A stretch of 64,000 bases of DNA from Fimbriosthenelais zetlandica (Eukaryota), in assembly GCA_977030845.1 (NCBI GenBank), contig OZ365118.1:3782001-3846000 (forward strand), given 5' to 3'. Under the pieces are notes generated by a model, which was not told the DNA's origin, did no database searches, and saw only the letters and a program-made list of their open reading frames with translations. Each line of letters begins with the position of its first letter. Position 1 is the stretch's first letter. The translations under genes and the position numbers were made by a program. Positions 37,701 through 49,723 of the stretch are shown here, in pieces.

Positions 37701-40700
37701 ACTTGAAAAAGACAAAGCTGGAGAACTGTCAATGTAAGCATAAGCTTGTATGGTATAAATATGTGATTGCTGTTCTCTATTTCAGTCCTATGCTCATGTC
37801 ATCAAGGAAATGGTTGTCTCGTAACGGTTTAGCAGCTCTCAAGTTGACCATTCTTGATGCTCTAGCCCCAACCTTCATCCCCCACACCTGTACCTATGTC
37901 CCTATACTCAAACAACATGTCATCTCTAAGGTCTTTGACAATGTAAGTACTCACAATTTTGCCTTTTCTACGGAATTTCCAATCAATACAAAGCTAAAAT
38001 CTGCTTCAGATAGTAGCAATACATATGCTTTATCGTAACCAATGACAGTTCTATATTTGCCATTGTAACACTGTTCTAATGTAAATGATTGGTTATTTCA
38101 GATTATGCCGTTTGCCCACACTAATGTCCGCAAGTCACACCATGTGGGACCAGAGAGAGCTAAAGTGAACATTATTAACCCTGATGCTGTCAACCTAGAT
38201 GCTTACATCAAGAAGGTGGAGAAGGCTGCCATTAGATACGAAACGTAAGTATACCGAAATAAATCATGCATGCCTTAACGTATATAGAACAGTCCTTTAA
38301 CACTCACCATTGCTGCCTTCTCTTGCGTCTTAGGATGGACACGATTCAGTTTTGTAGTCCTACTTTAAGCCAGCTGAAAAGAAAAGGAAACCTTTTTCAT
38401 TAAAAATTTATGTGGAACTGAAAATTAAGACACAATTTTTCATTGCAGCCGCTTAGACAAATTAGTATGGAACGCACTGCCAGCCTCTGCTAAAGAAGGG
38501 TGAGTAAAAGTCCAGATCTTTGTATAGTGTTTTACGATTTGTTTTTGGTGGAAATATGCAATGTATATATGGATCAAATGCAAACATTCTCTTGTACTTT
38601 CAAGCCTGAAAATTTTGTTCACCGATTGAACAATTATATACATTTGTGTTGCAGTCAAGAAGGACCCAAGTCGTTCATGAGGAACCGTACAGAGCTAATT
38701 GACGCTCTGAATGAGTCAGGATGGAAGAATATAAACGAGGATGATATATCGTTACTGGAGACAGAGATAGAACAGGCCTGGGGCTACATAGAACAGGCAC
38801 GAGGCCTGATAGAGGCGTCCAAGAAGAAGGCGGAGACGGACAAGGAGAAGGCAGAGAAGGCTAGTGAGGTAGATGACGATGATGATGACTTTACTTGTTA
38901 ACTTCTCTCTCTCTCTCTCTCTGTAGTCCTACTGTGATCACTTTAATCTCTCATTCAGATTTCTTGGATTTTCACAAAGATTCAGCCTCAATGGGTATTT
39001 TACTTGGAATCTATTTAATATGGAAATTGGAATCAGTTCAAGGGTCTAATGATAATTTTTATGCTTTCAAACATAATTGTTGATGAAATTGGCTGGATTT
39101 TAAAAAAGAATCTCTCTAAATGGTCAAGAAAATCTGAGGGAGAATGTCTATAAATCTCTTTCTATATATGGATGTAGTATATCTGGCATACTGTGATCTG
39201 CTTTCAATGTTTAGTAATTCCTGTTATTATCGCACTATAAACTGTGATTGTTTAAGCGCATATCTGTGATGGTTCTCAATGCTCTAATCTTAAGGCGCAA
39301 ATAGCAGTAGTATATTAGTGCATGAGTAGATCGTGTCTTGTCTCTATACTTGGTAAAGATAGCATTATAAATGGTGGCAAATTTAGTGTTCACAGATAAT
39401 TTGATGGCAATGTGATATAGAATGCATTAGATGATTAAGCTGAGCTTTTTGGCACAGTAACTGACGGACTTTCATAATCGTAGCAAAAGGTATTACTAAA
39501 TTGGAGTCATACAAAAGACTTTTACAGATAGTACATTTTAGCACAGCATTAGAATTATGTGATGAATTAATGGCTGATTGGCCAATATGCCAAGTTCCAA
39601 ACAACGTCAATATAAACAGTATTTATCATAAACTAACACCACGGTTTTCACATTTATCTCTGATGATAAGTCTAGTCTATTTTTGAGAGTCATTTGATAC
39701 AGTTTCCAGATGTCTCTTGACTCAGTTTGCGTTCTACAAATTACATACAGTATTTATCATCCCTCCGTCGTTCATCTTTTAAGCGATTCACATGAGGGCT
39801 TATAGTTTTCTAATCGAGTATTTTATTTACATTTATTATAAGCCAAGATATAGGAATCTATGTTTAGTATTTTCAAGGACAGGCTGATATATTTAACATT
39901 GTAGTCGATGTCTTTGATATTCTTGTGCAATTTGAATGTTTCATGTTATTTTATTTTATTAGATGTGTTATTTTTATCGTAGATCTTTGGGTCAACCCTG
40001 AACACACCATTTATTTACTCACATATCTTATTTATGACGCCTAGTGATGCACATTTTACTATTCAATATTGTCTGTACACTGTACCGAAATAAAATGTGA
40101 AATGGAAATTCACTGCCTCATGTATTCCTTTGGCAATATCTTTCTCAAAGGTGTCTTCAGGGTTCCCAAAACTTAGCTCATCCTTTAACAAGTTAGTCTG
40201 CCTCTAAATGCCTACTAACTTACCAATGTACCTTCAAATCATATTGCCTAGAACTGACCTAAAACTGGGAGCTAAAGGAATCCCTGAAGGCACCCGTTAG
40301 TTCATGATTTTCATGCTTTCATTGTTCTTATTGCTTACAGTAGCTGAAGCTATAGAGAATTTCTTATTCAATATTTTACAATGCTGGTTGTTATATATAG
40401 CTAGTGTTTGAGAACATACAATTATTACGTGAGAAAAGGCAAATATTAAAATTGGTAAAATCTCTACCAATTTGTGAATTCTACAGCTCAGAGGAATCAA
40501 AGCTAGATTCATTTGAGCTGTAAAATTAAAGATCAAGTTAAGAGTATGAGTAATGTAAGAGTGTATGGTATTGTCTGTTATCAAGCCTCGGGTATATGAG
40601 AGGTCATCTAGACCCCCATCTGCTCGCCCCTGCTCACCTTGTCCCAGCTCAGGTAGATTAAATACTGACCAGGTAAGCTAGGTACCATTATACATGTACA

Positions 40701-43700
40701 CATCCCACTACCTGTCTCACCTGACATAACCCATCCCACCCTACCACGACCAGACACGGCATGTATTGTGTACCAGGTCATCAAGATTGTCAATTAAGAG
40801 AAGAGCAATGAATGTATTCATCTATTACTTTACTTTGTATGCCACTGAGGATCGATTCATTACCAGAATGCTACAAATCCCGTTATAATATGACATCCCC
40901 AAGTCAAATACCCAGTTCTGTGGACACTTAACTTTCTATTTGCGATTCGTCCATTCAATGTTTCCACTTCCCTGATTGTTTGTCGAGCAATGAATGCAGG
41001 CCAATCTTTGCGACTTTTCTATGATTCCTACCAATCCTACCAAAATTATATTTTTACTTCCTTCAACTTTTTCCTGCATGATTTTTGAAATATAATACTA
41101 CAGAATAAGAATGCAAGTTTTTGAACTAAATTCCTTCTAGCCTACATCCTTCTAGTATTCTGCTATTCCCAATTGAATAAAGAGGTATAATCGATGAGAA
41201 AAACCATTATCTCATAAATCTAAATACTTTAAAATCTATTTTAAATCCAGCCTCTGTATTCTTTTTCAGAAAAAGAAGAAACTTCAGAAACAGAAGCAAG
41301 CAAAGCGACTCTTCGACCAGCTTCGAGGACAGCGAGTGATTGGAAGAAATTCAGAGGATGGATTCTACTATGCTGGTACGATATCTGCCTCTACAGTAAT
41401 CTAAACATTCTATCACTGCAGATCAGGCAGTCTTATCAGTAATCTCTAAAACTAACTGTCAGAACTGTTGTGAACTATTTTACATTTTCTAGGATCTGTG
41501 CTGCGCTGTACTGATTTAAGACATGCCTTGACTGAGTTCGATGAGCTGGGGATTCAGAAGGTTCCTATCAGGTTCCTAATTCAAACATCTGGTGCCATCA
41601 GCGTTCCCCACTTAATGGTAGGTACCTAGAGCACCTGCACCTCACATATACCTGGTGCACAGAGGGCATTGTCTTGTTAATCTCTCAGAAGGCATTGTCT
41701 CTCCAGAATTATTATAGTTAATTCATTCGTTAACCTCATATTCCATTCATGGATGATTTACACTCATTTAAATCTGTCTTTCAGGCTGGAGACTATGTAC
41801 TGGCCAGGGTAGTGAATCAAGAAACCAACCTGGAATGTTACGTACCAGGTGTAGTACAAATGACACCCAGGGTGGTTCATACAAAGAGCAAATACTACAC
41901 AGTGGTCCTATATACTGGACAAAAGGTGTGTATAACAGTTACAATCAATGCCTTGCTGGTATATTAATGTTCAATACTTTGCATTCCCATTCAAATTGCC
42001 TCATTAATCCTGTGATTCGCTTTAATCAAAAACGCAACCAGGAATGTTGTCGCTTGAAATGACTTCAGTCATCTTTCTTCTTCTACTTCATTTTTTACTA
42101 TTTTTTCTAGGATCACTTCATCAGAAGTTACCTCAATAAGATCAGCAAGCTGCGCTACCTCTTCCTTGTTCGCTACATTCAAGATCTGAACCCAGTAGAG
42201 GAGCCAGAGGACTGTGAGGAAGAGTAAGTGACACTTCTCTATAATATATTATGCTTCATGCATGTTTCAGTTCTTTGGACCACCAATCATCACTGAATCA
42301 CTGATTTTTGTTCAGATTAAATTTAAATTGCAGCACAGTCTGAACTTGCATGTATAGTTCAAGGGAATAATTTTAAAAGGAGATCAAGCTAACTTAATTC
42401 ACCCTTTCTCATTGATTGAATTGGTTCACTGCTGTTATTGCTTTGGGTTCTGTTCTGTTTGAAAATATGTTTTAATGGTTTAAATTCTGGTTGATTTCAA
42501 GTTCAAAAGGGGAAGGAGACCTTGATGTTCATGTAGGAAGAAAACAAATCACTCTCAGTATTCCATACAGGTTAATGGTTTATATTACATTTACAAGCTT
42601 CTTAAATGGAATGCAAGCTTTATGTAGAGTAGATATACTGTAACATATTGTAATCTCATAACCCATAGAGGCATGTGGAATGACATTTTGGACATGAATA
42701 GCTCTAGAACAATTCTAGAAGTAGATAATCGGGGTTGATTTTTGAGTAGCGAATATTTTGGCTAGAGCAAGGGAGGGATCATTTTATTTGAACTTTAGAT
42801 ATTTTCAGTCTTTGGTTCAATTGTCAAGTGTTCATTACGATATATTGTTAATGCTTTTGATAGGCACAGTGGATGCTATTATTAGGATATTGTGGTGTAT
42901 ATATTATATCTTCGATATTATATGTGGTATTTAGGTAATAAGTTTTCTGATGGTTGTTTTGAGAGGTATTGGTGCATTTTGATGTTTTCTATATTCAATC
43001 TTTGACTGCATGATTCATTACGTCTCTCTTTTTTCCTCTTTAATAATGGTCTGACTATAGGGACAGTACAGATGGGGAGGCTGAATATACAAAAGAACCC
43101 CCCTCAGAATATCCTGATAATAATAAGATAGCTGGAGACAAACCCGCGTCGATCATGTATGATTCAGAGAGGAAGTCTCGATCCCGACCAAAACTGACAT
43201 TTAAAATAGAGACCAGATCACGATCACAGTCCCTCTCTGGGTCAGAGTCAAAGTCAAGGTCAAGATCAAGTTCCCTGTCCTTGGACAGAGCTAAGTCACG
43301 GGTTGGAGGGAAGGTGAGGTCAGATTCAGGCTCAGAATCAGACACCAAGTCAGGGAGTCTAGACAGATGTAAATCGAGATTTGCTCCACGACAAGACTCA
43401 AGGTCAGACGCTAACTCAAGGTCACCTTCACTTGACAGGTCAAAGTCAAGGTTAGCTGGGCAATCTAGATCCCACTCCCCGACTGATAGCGCTATCTCTC
43501 ACGGCTCTTCTCCAAGGTCATCCAAAAGTTCAGAGTCGGTCAAAAAGCTGAACCCAATATTGAAGCCTGCGCCACGACTGTCTCGTGTACGATCAGCCCA
43601 CCCTAGAGCAAAACCTAGAAACATTTCTAAACCAGTCCAATCAGAAAGTGGTCTAAAATCAGGAGCGGCCTCCCCATCACGGTCCCTGAGTGAGTCCAGC

Positions 43701-46700
43701 TCAGGATTGTCCTCCTCCAAGTCTCAACTGACTGATACAAAGAAATCAGTAACCAAGAGGTTTGTGCATGCTTCATGCTCCTCCTCTCTCCTCCCTACAC
43801 AGTACCTGCATGTATCCTTCACCCACCTTGAAGAAAGGCAGGCAGGGTCTGCTGAGTCAAACAAAACCCCCCATCATCAACTTGAAGGCCATTAATCAAC
43901 AAAATATAAATGAAAACTCCAGATGACATATCTAAGTGATGTTGCTGAGCAACCTGCCTTCATTTTTTCAGCCAATCTTTCCCACTTCAGATTTATTAGT
44001 ATCTTGAATTATTCTTCCTTGATAGAAGTGCCTCATGGAATAATCACCCCGGTAATATGGACCCAGAAGGGAATAACTAAATGAATATTACACTGGGAAC
44101 CAGGACTGCTCTATCTCTCATGCTAAATTCACTCTGAATTCCCATCAGGCATTTTCTGCATTATAATCTCGACTATTGCTTTTCGTATATCAATTGCCGT
44201 CAGAAAAATGGCACATTTTCCTCTGGTTTTGTCCTAATTTGCAACCACACCTCACAATAGACAGAACCAAAATCCTTGTAGAATGTGGAGTGCTTCAATG
44301 GATTTGAAAAGATAAAAGTGAAATTTTGAATCCACTTTTATCATTTTATTCTCAGGATAGTATAGGACATGAACCAGGCTTCCCACCTGTAGTATTTTAA
44401 CCCTCATCCTTTCCTTTCAGTCAGTTTATCATTCGTGGATGCATGAACTAATCCTTGAGTTACCAAGAGATGTAGTCGCATGATCCCAGTATACTGTACA
44501 CATTTCAACCAAAGCTTTTCAGAAATGTATATAAATTTGACTTTCCAATATACACTTTCTGTGGGAAATATACCTATAGACATACCAGTATATATTGTTG
44601 TATCAACATATTTTAGTAACACATACTAAAATACAACCATGTAACTTCATTTTAATTTAATTCTTTTCAGTTCCGACCAAGAGGCTGCCCGGTCCCTTTC
44701 ACCTCGTGAGTTCATTTAAATATTCTCAATCTTACACTCAACCTAACCAAAATTATCAGAGGTAAAATAGTAATGATATAGTAAGCAATACTTACAGATA
44801 GTACCCCGGCATTTTTCTCCATCTTTCAACCTCGGTTCTTTCCATCTTTAGCCCCCGATGAAGGCCTGGAAAAAGAAAAGCAGAGGTTGGAGAGGTGGCA
44901 GCGACACTTGGAAGAAATGCAGAAAAGTCAAAAGAAGGATCAAAAGGTGAGATTACTTTTTTCCATGCCACCCTTTGATGCATTCTTCCGCAAATTGTTC
45001 AAAGACTTTTATTAGTAATAAATATATTTTGTAATAATTTCCTTTTTTAATTTTTGATTTTTCAGAAGTTGAAGCGTCAGGCTCGGAAGTTAGAGAAGCT
45101 TCGACTGCGACTGAAGAATTCTCACAGTCACAATGACAACGAGCAACGCAAACTCTTAGAACTGATTCTACAAGAAACCAAGGTACATATATAATGACAT
45201 GCATGATAGAGGGAAATAGATTAATGTTATTGCATGCTCTGAGGAAGCTTTGTTATCAGTATGTGAATAATTGTAATGTTTGTTTGCAGCAAAACCGCGA
45301 TGAGGACAGGACTAGTAGCTGGGTGAAGGATCAGAACATTGAGATAGCTCTGGATAAAGAGAAGGGAGACATCCTAGTCTCCAGCGGAGATAAAGGGGTT
45401 CTTATATGTGAGACTTATTACATATATCCATCTTATAAATGCTACAAACCTACTAATCTTCAAAGACAAAATGGGCTTTTAAGTCATTACAAAAACAATG
45501 ATTAAGTACTTTACAGTTATTCTGATATGCAACTCTTTGTCTCTGGGTGAGTCATAGGAAAGTATTTTTAATTATTTTACTTGTTATTTTCAGCCCGGAC
45601 TGAAGCTCAGTCGAGCATTGTATCAGAGATGAGGAGGACACTGTCCAAGCTAGAGGTTGGGGAGGAGGTGTTGGCTCGGTGGTCAGATGAGGGCTGGTAC
45701 TACAGAGGTAGGTCTACATCACTCTCTATCATAGACATATTAATACAGTAAAATACCCATTAATAACCTTTCCTATTACTGATCACCCCTGATTAAGGAA
45801 CAAATTGAAACATTCTCAATATCAAGGTCCTAAAGTGGCGTATACATGAATAGAGGACAATCTTTTCACGAGGTCCATGCACTAATTAGTATAAATGGAT
45901 TGTGTTCATTATAGGTACAGTAAAGCAGCAGATAGAGGATCATAGCTACTATATCCAGGATGGTGTAGGTAACCTAGAAGCCATCCAACGAGAGGACATC
46001 ATTAGTGACCGTGATGATGCCAACGCTGTCATTAAAGTAAGTCTACATACAGAGAAAACCATTAATCACCAAACAAATATATTCATATGCAACTTAGTTT
46101 CAAGGTAGGTGTTCTAGAACACAAAGGGAGTCAGTAAAAAGCCTTGCAAGGCTCGGGAATTGAACCGCCGACCCTTCAATTATCAGTAACCAAAATGAAG
46201 CTGGTTCTCTTATCCCCTGAGTTGGTAAAAAGCCTTGCAAGGCTCGGGAATTGAACCGCCGACCCTTCAATTATCAGTAAACTGAATGAGCTGGTTTTCT
46301 CATCACCTTAGCTACTCCTATATGTTAACCTGTTATTCATTTCCCCTCATTTTTCCTCCAGGTCAAGGACACTGTGGTGGCACTCCACCCTGACTACATG
46401 TTCTCCTACGCCCCTGGCGTAGTGATGGAGACACAGAAGGACTACGCCATGTTAGTACGCTTCTATGACGGTCATGAGTCCCGCGTGTCACGGGAGGAAG
46501 TTTACCGTATACCCTCGGCTAAGTTTGAGCTGGATGTGGCGTTTATAGTGAAATGTGAGCAGGGCTGGGTGAGCCAGGCAGTGGTGGCCCGGAACGACGA
46601 CACAGGCGTCTTCCAACTGGGTAAGATTTTAATGATTTAAACATCTAAAAGTTACAACCATTCTATAGTCTTTCCAGAGACGGAGTATCCACCTAAACTC

Positions 46701-48485
46701 GGGCAGTATGGAGTAAGGGTTGGTTGTACTGCTACTTGTAAGGATGAGAGAAACATGAAAACAGAGCCTAACAGTTGGGCCTATTTGGTCGTTGATTCAT
46801 CACTAAATATTTCAATTCCCTTCTCATATTTTAGTAAACTATGTCTGTTACTTACTATTTGGGGTGATTAAGGTGAGTTAGCAGCTGTCTTCAAGAGAAT
46901 CGTAGAGTAGTTCCCAATGCAGTAAGTGTCTTTACAAAGCAGCAAACAAAGTCCAACTGACTGCAGTGGTTGGCAGTGAATATGGCAGCGATCAGCTGAT
47001 CGGGTGGGAGGGGGAAGTTCCGCATGAATGACTGGGTCACTGGGGTGGGTGGTGGGGGGGGGGGGGTGACCCAGCCCGGCATATTTACGACAATATGACT
47101 TAGAAAAGTTCAAAACTGTTGAGGGTAATTAGGGATTAATGACCGAGCCTGGGTTGGCGAGGCAGGTTAGAGAAAAGCTATGACTGAGGGCCGTCGAAGT
47201 CAATAGCTTTTCTCTAACCTGCCGAGCCAATCCAGGCGAGGTCATTGATCCCGTTAATACCCGACACAGTTTACCAATCAAAAATGGTAAGAAAATACTA
47301 TTTTTGTCTCCCTGCAGAGTTCCTGACTGGACACTGCAGTGGTTGGCAGTCAATATGGCAGCGATCAGCTGATCGGGTGGTGGGGGAAGTTCCGCATGAA
47401 TGACTGGGTCACTGTGGTGGGTGGGGGGGGGGGGGGTGACCAAGCCAGGCATATTTACGACAATATGACTTGGAAAAGTTCAAAACTGTTGAGGGGAATT
47501 GATTTGGATTAACTGTTTTGATTTTGTTGTTTGTAGGTGTGATTCGGGAGAGGATCGGGGATGGACGTCAGTACGTGGTTGAGCGGTCTGACGGTCAGCT
47601 GGCCATCCAGGTGGCTACCTGTATATTCGGGGCGTTTACTAAGAGACAGGAGTTTAATGAAGGTGACCATACACTGGCCATCATGGACAGTAAGTCACTG
47701 GTCTACCTTCCCGGTACTGTCACAGATGTACATGGTGGTAAAATGGTGGTGGAGTTCTGCAATGGCAATGTGTAAGTACCTACTACTTCTAACAATATTC
47801 TTTTACAAGTTCTTCTATAAGTTTTGTACTAATATTCATTCAGGGGGTTACCAAGAAGCAAACGGTTCCATTCCCTGTATCTGTCCCAAGCAATTGCAAA
47901 GCCTTCCAATCTTTTAAAAGTTCTTTTCTTATGTCACAAAGACAACTAGCTATTGGCAATTACAAATACGGAGTGTTCAGGTACATAATATTGGAGGGTT
48001 CAATCCCTGAACTATCCAAAGCATTTTCACAGTATCTGCCTTTAAAAAATGATAACGTTGTTTTGTCTTTGATCTTTCACTTCAGCGTTCACAACATCCA
48101 ACCAGCCCAGTGTTTCTGGCTGAGTAGAGATTACTATAAAAACGCTGTGGAATTCTACAAACAGCGTCAGACAGCCATGGCTGGAGGTGCCACCAGCGGG
48201 ACGGTGTGGACCAAAGATAACGAACGTCTCACCACAAAAACAACATACGAACTGATCGAGGAGAAGGTGGAGAGAGTGGAGATAGGGGATGATAAAGATG
48301 GAGGGTCTGACGGAGGGAGGTCTGATAGTAATGGGAAGAGCAGCTCACGCCGCAGACGCAGCAGTGGAAGCAGTGTGAGTAGCCGCTCCACCGACCCCTC
48401 CCACCACTCCTCTCACAGTGACGACGACCAGCCAGTAAAAACACATCAAAAACAAGACAAAAACGATGACGAATTCTTTGATTGA
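25289..48485 (+). CDS. VWA3B: von Willebrand factor A domain-containing protein 3B-like, long form (about 1950 aa, 35 core exons)
   Basis: Exons: 25289-25343, 25722-25964 (SSQKWLSTYGLKKNRL), 27901-27992, 29036-29286, 29519-29678, 29823-29891, 30060-30160, 30272-30510, 30864-31060, 31263-31417, 31542-31680 (ILIDTSSSM, MIDAS DxSxS), 31930-32160 (YLLTDGRPD), 32400-32582, 32779-32897, 32996-33192, 37348-37473, 37583-37634, 37786-37942, 38102-38244, 38449-38499, 38655-38868, 41270-41375, 41493-41617, 41785-41925, 42111-42223, 43061-43759, 44671-44705, 44852-44946, 45066-45182, 45290-45407, 45594-45707, 45915-46036, 46362-46620, 47537-47771, 48086-48485. All phases chain; total 5853 nt. Shows the recurrent SSxxWLxxYGL motifs of VWA3B and DUF4537/Tudor-like C-terminal repeats. 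Confidence 0.9.
26410..26480 (-). mobile_element. tRNA-derived SINE-like remnant
   Basis: Minus strand ggtcgtgggttcaaatctagatcagggtcg, B-box-like at 26431-26440. Confidence 0.4.
30709..30738 (+). CDS. VWA3B: Candidate 30-nt microexon of VWA3B (EGQREDHRTR)
   Basis: ctgcag / GAG|gtaaaa, phase 1-1, fits between exons 30272-30510 and 30864-31060. Confidence 0.55.
31696..31723. repeat. (TA)n microsatellite
   Basis: About 14 TA units in a VWA3B intron. Confidence 0.95.
35086..36424 (+). CDS. VWA3B: Three candidate symmetric cassette exons of VWA3B: 35086-35115, 35463-35537, 36395-36424
   Basis: 30, 75 and 30 nt, each phase 1-1 and open, with good acceptors (cctcttgccctacag, ttttgctatag, aacttttcag) and GT donors. 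Confidence 0.6.
40150..40294. mobile_element. ~145-bp MITE-like element
   Basis: Left end GGTGTCTTCAGGGTTCCC and right end GGAATCCCTGAAGGCACC form an imperfect ~18-bp TIR. Its CAGGGTTCCC core is shared with 13560-13688. Confidence 0.55.
46134..46280 (-). mobile_element. Tandem pair (period 91 bp) of tRNA-derived SINE-like fragments
   Basis: Two identical ~56-bp copies; the minus strand reads ggcggttcaattcccgagccttgcaaggcttttt (B-box GGTTCAATTCC plus T-run). Confidence 0.6.
46960..47500. repeat. ~170-bp direct repeats flanking a ~120-bp long hairpin
   Basis: About 46962-47130 and 47334-47500 are near-identical (ctgcagtggttggcagt...poly-G...aaactgttgaggg). The hairpin lies at 47132-47252. Confidence 0.85.
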
Positions 48486-49723
48486 TACCCTCTAAATCAA
48501 TATTCAATATATAATAAAATGAAAGGCCATTGCACAACCCACTGTTGCATAGATGACAGTTAGTTATGCAATGGGTCAGTTGTATATGACAAATTATGAT
48601 CTCGAAAATGATGCTTGAAATCACTTATGTATACTTATCACAATTTAAAGGTTAGAAGTCAGTTATGTGCTAGTTTAATTATTTACTGAATTTGTTTAAA
48701 TATTTAATTTATCAAGAGTAAAATGTGATATGGGCACTATCTCTACATTGAGGTATTACGTCATCAGAGATAGAGTGATGCCATCAACAGGCCTGTAACC
48801 TTGCCGTCCATTTATATCAAGCTCAACCTGTGATAATTATGAAATCTCTGCTCCTGTTATTAACTGTAATTTACACAATATAATTATTGTGACGAGCACT
48901 CATACAAACCCTCAATCATTGTATTTCATTGTAATAGAAGCCTGGCCTTACACAGGAACTAGTCCTTTATATTGACCATTTTAATTCCCAATCATTTCTG
49001 TACTCAGCGAATAAATGCATAGAAACATGCACGGAGTAACATGTGCAGCTTTTCACTGTCATTTTCTTATATTTTTTTAAAAATTGTTCCTACCAACTCT
49101 CACGCATTTGCCTCCCCCTCACTCCCTCACGCTACTACCATTAAATCTCACGCCTACAATTGATAAATGAATTGGAATAAAAGAGGAATTTCCCAAATAA
49201 CCTGGCGAACAGGAAAACTATTTTATTTAAATTCCAATCGTAATTTATCATTGATAAACAATCTGGATATCTTCAACCGGGATATTTCTAATAAATGGAA
49301 TGCATAATTGCCTTAAATTTTAAATTTCAAAAGCTATGTAGACCTACACCATTACCCGAAACTGGAGCGTTTGCAATTTTGAGGGAGCAAAGAATCACAC
49401 TCCTGCATTTTTTTAGTGTGATGCACTCAAGCACGCTGTTTTAATCCATGATGTAGCCGAGGCCAAGCCTATGGGAATGTAGGCTTAGTGTAGGCCTACT
49501 ACTAGTAGTATGGTTTGGTGGGTGAGGTTGTCTCCAGGTCTACTATGTTTCGGAATTATTTAATGTTATCGAATAAAATTAAGTATACCTTTGCCCTCCC
49601 CTCCCCCACCCCCTAACAAACAAAAATTAAAACAAATTAAAACTCTCTGATCAAAATGAGTAAGTTTCTGACCAGGTCAAACATGTGCCCCTTGCCAATT
49701 TACTGGACGTTTGGATATTTCAG

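Noticed and set aside
38334-38353. Exon after the acceptor-like 'cttag' at 38333
   Set aside because: The exon at 38449-38499 supplies the conserved RLDKLVWNAL segment in the correct phase. The 38334 reading has no similarity and no good donor.
43055-43720. Minus-strand ORFs 43055-43348 and 43499-43720 (also 48167-48624, 50008-50196 and 51078-51266)
   Set aside because: Antisense shadows of real plus-strand exons.
49656-49723. ATG at 49656 as start of the ODF2-like ORF
   Set aside because: It is out of frame with exon A (68 nt offset), and exon A begins at a splice acceptor shared by all three copies.
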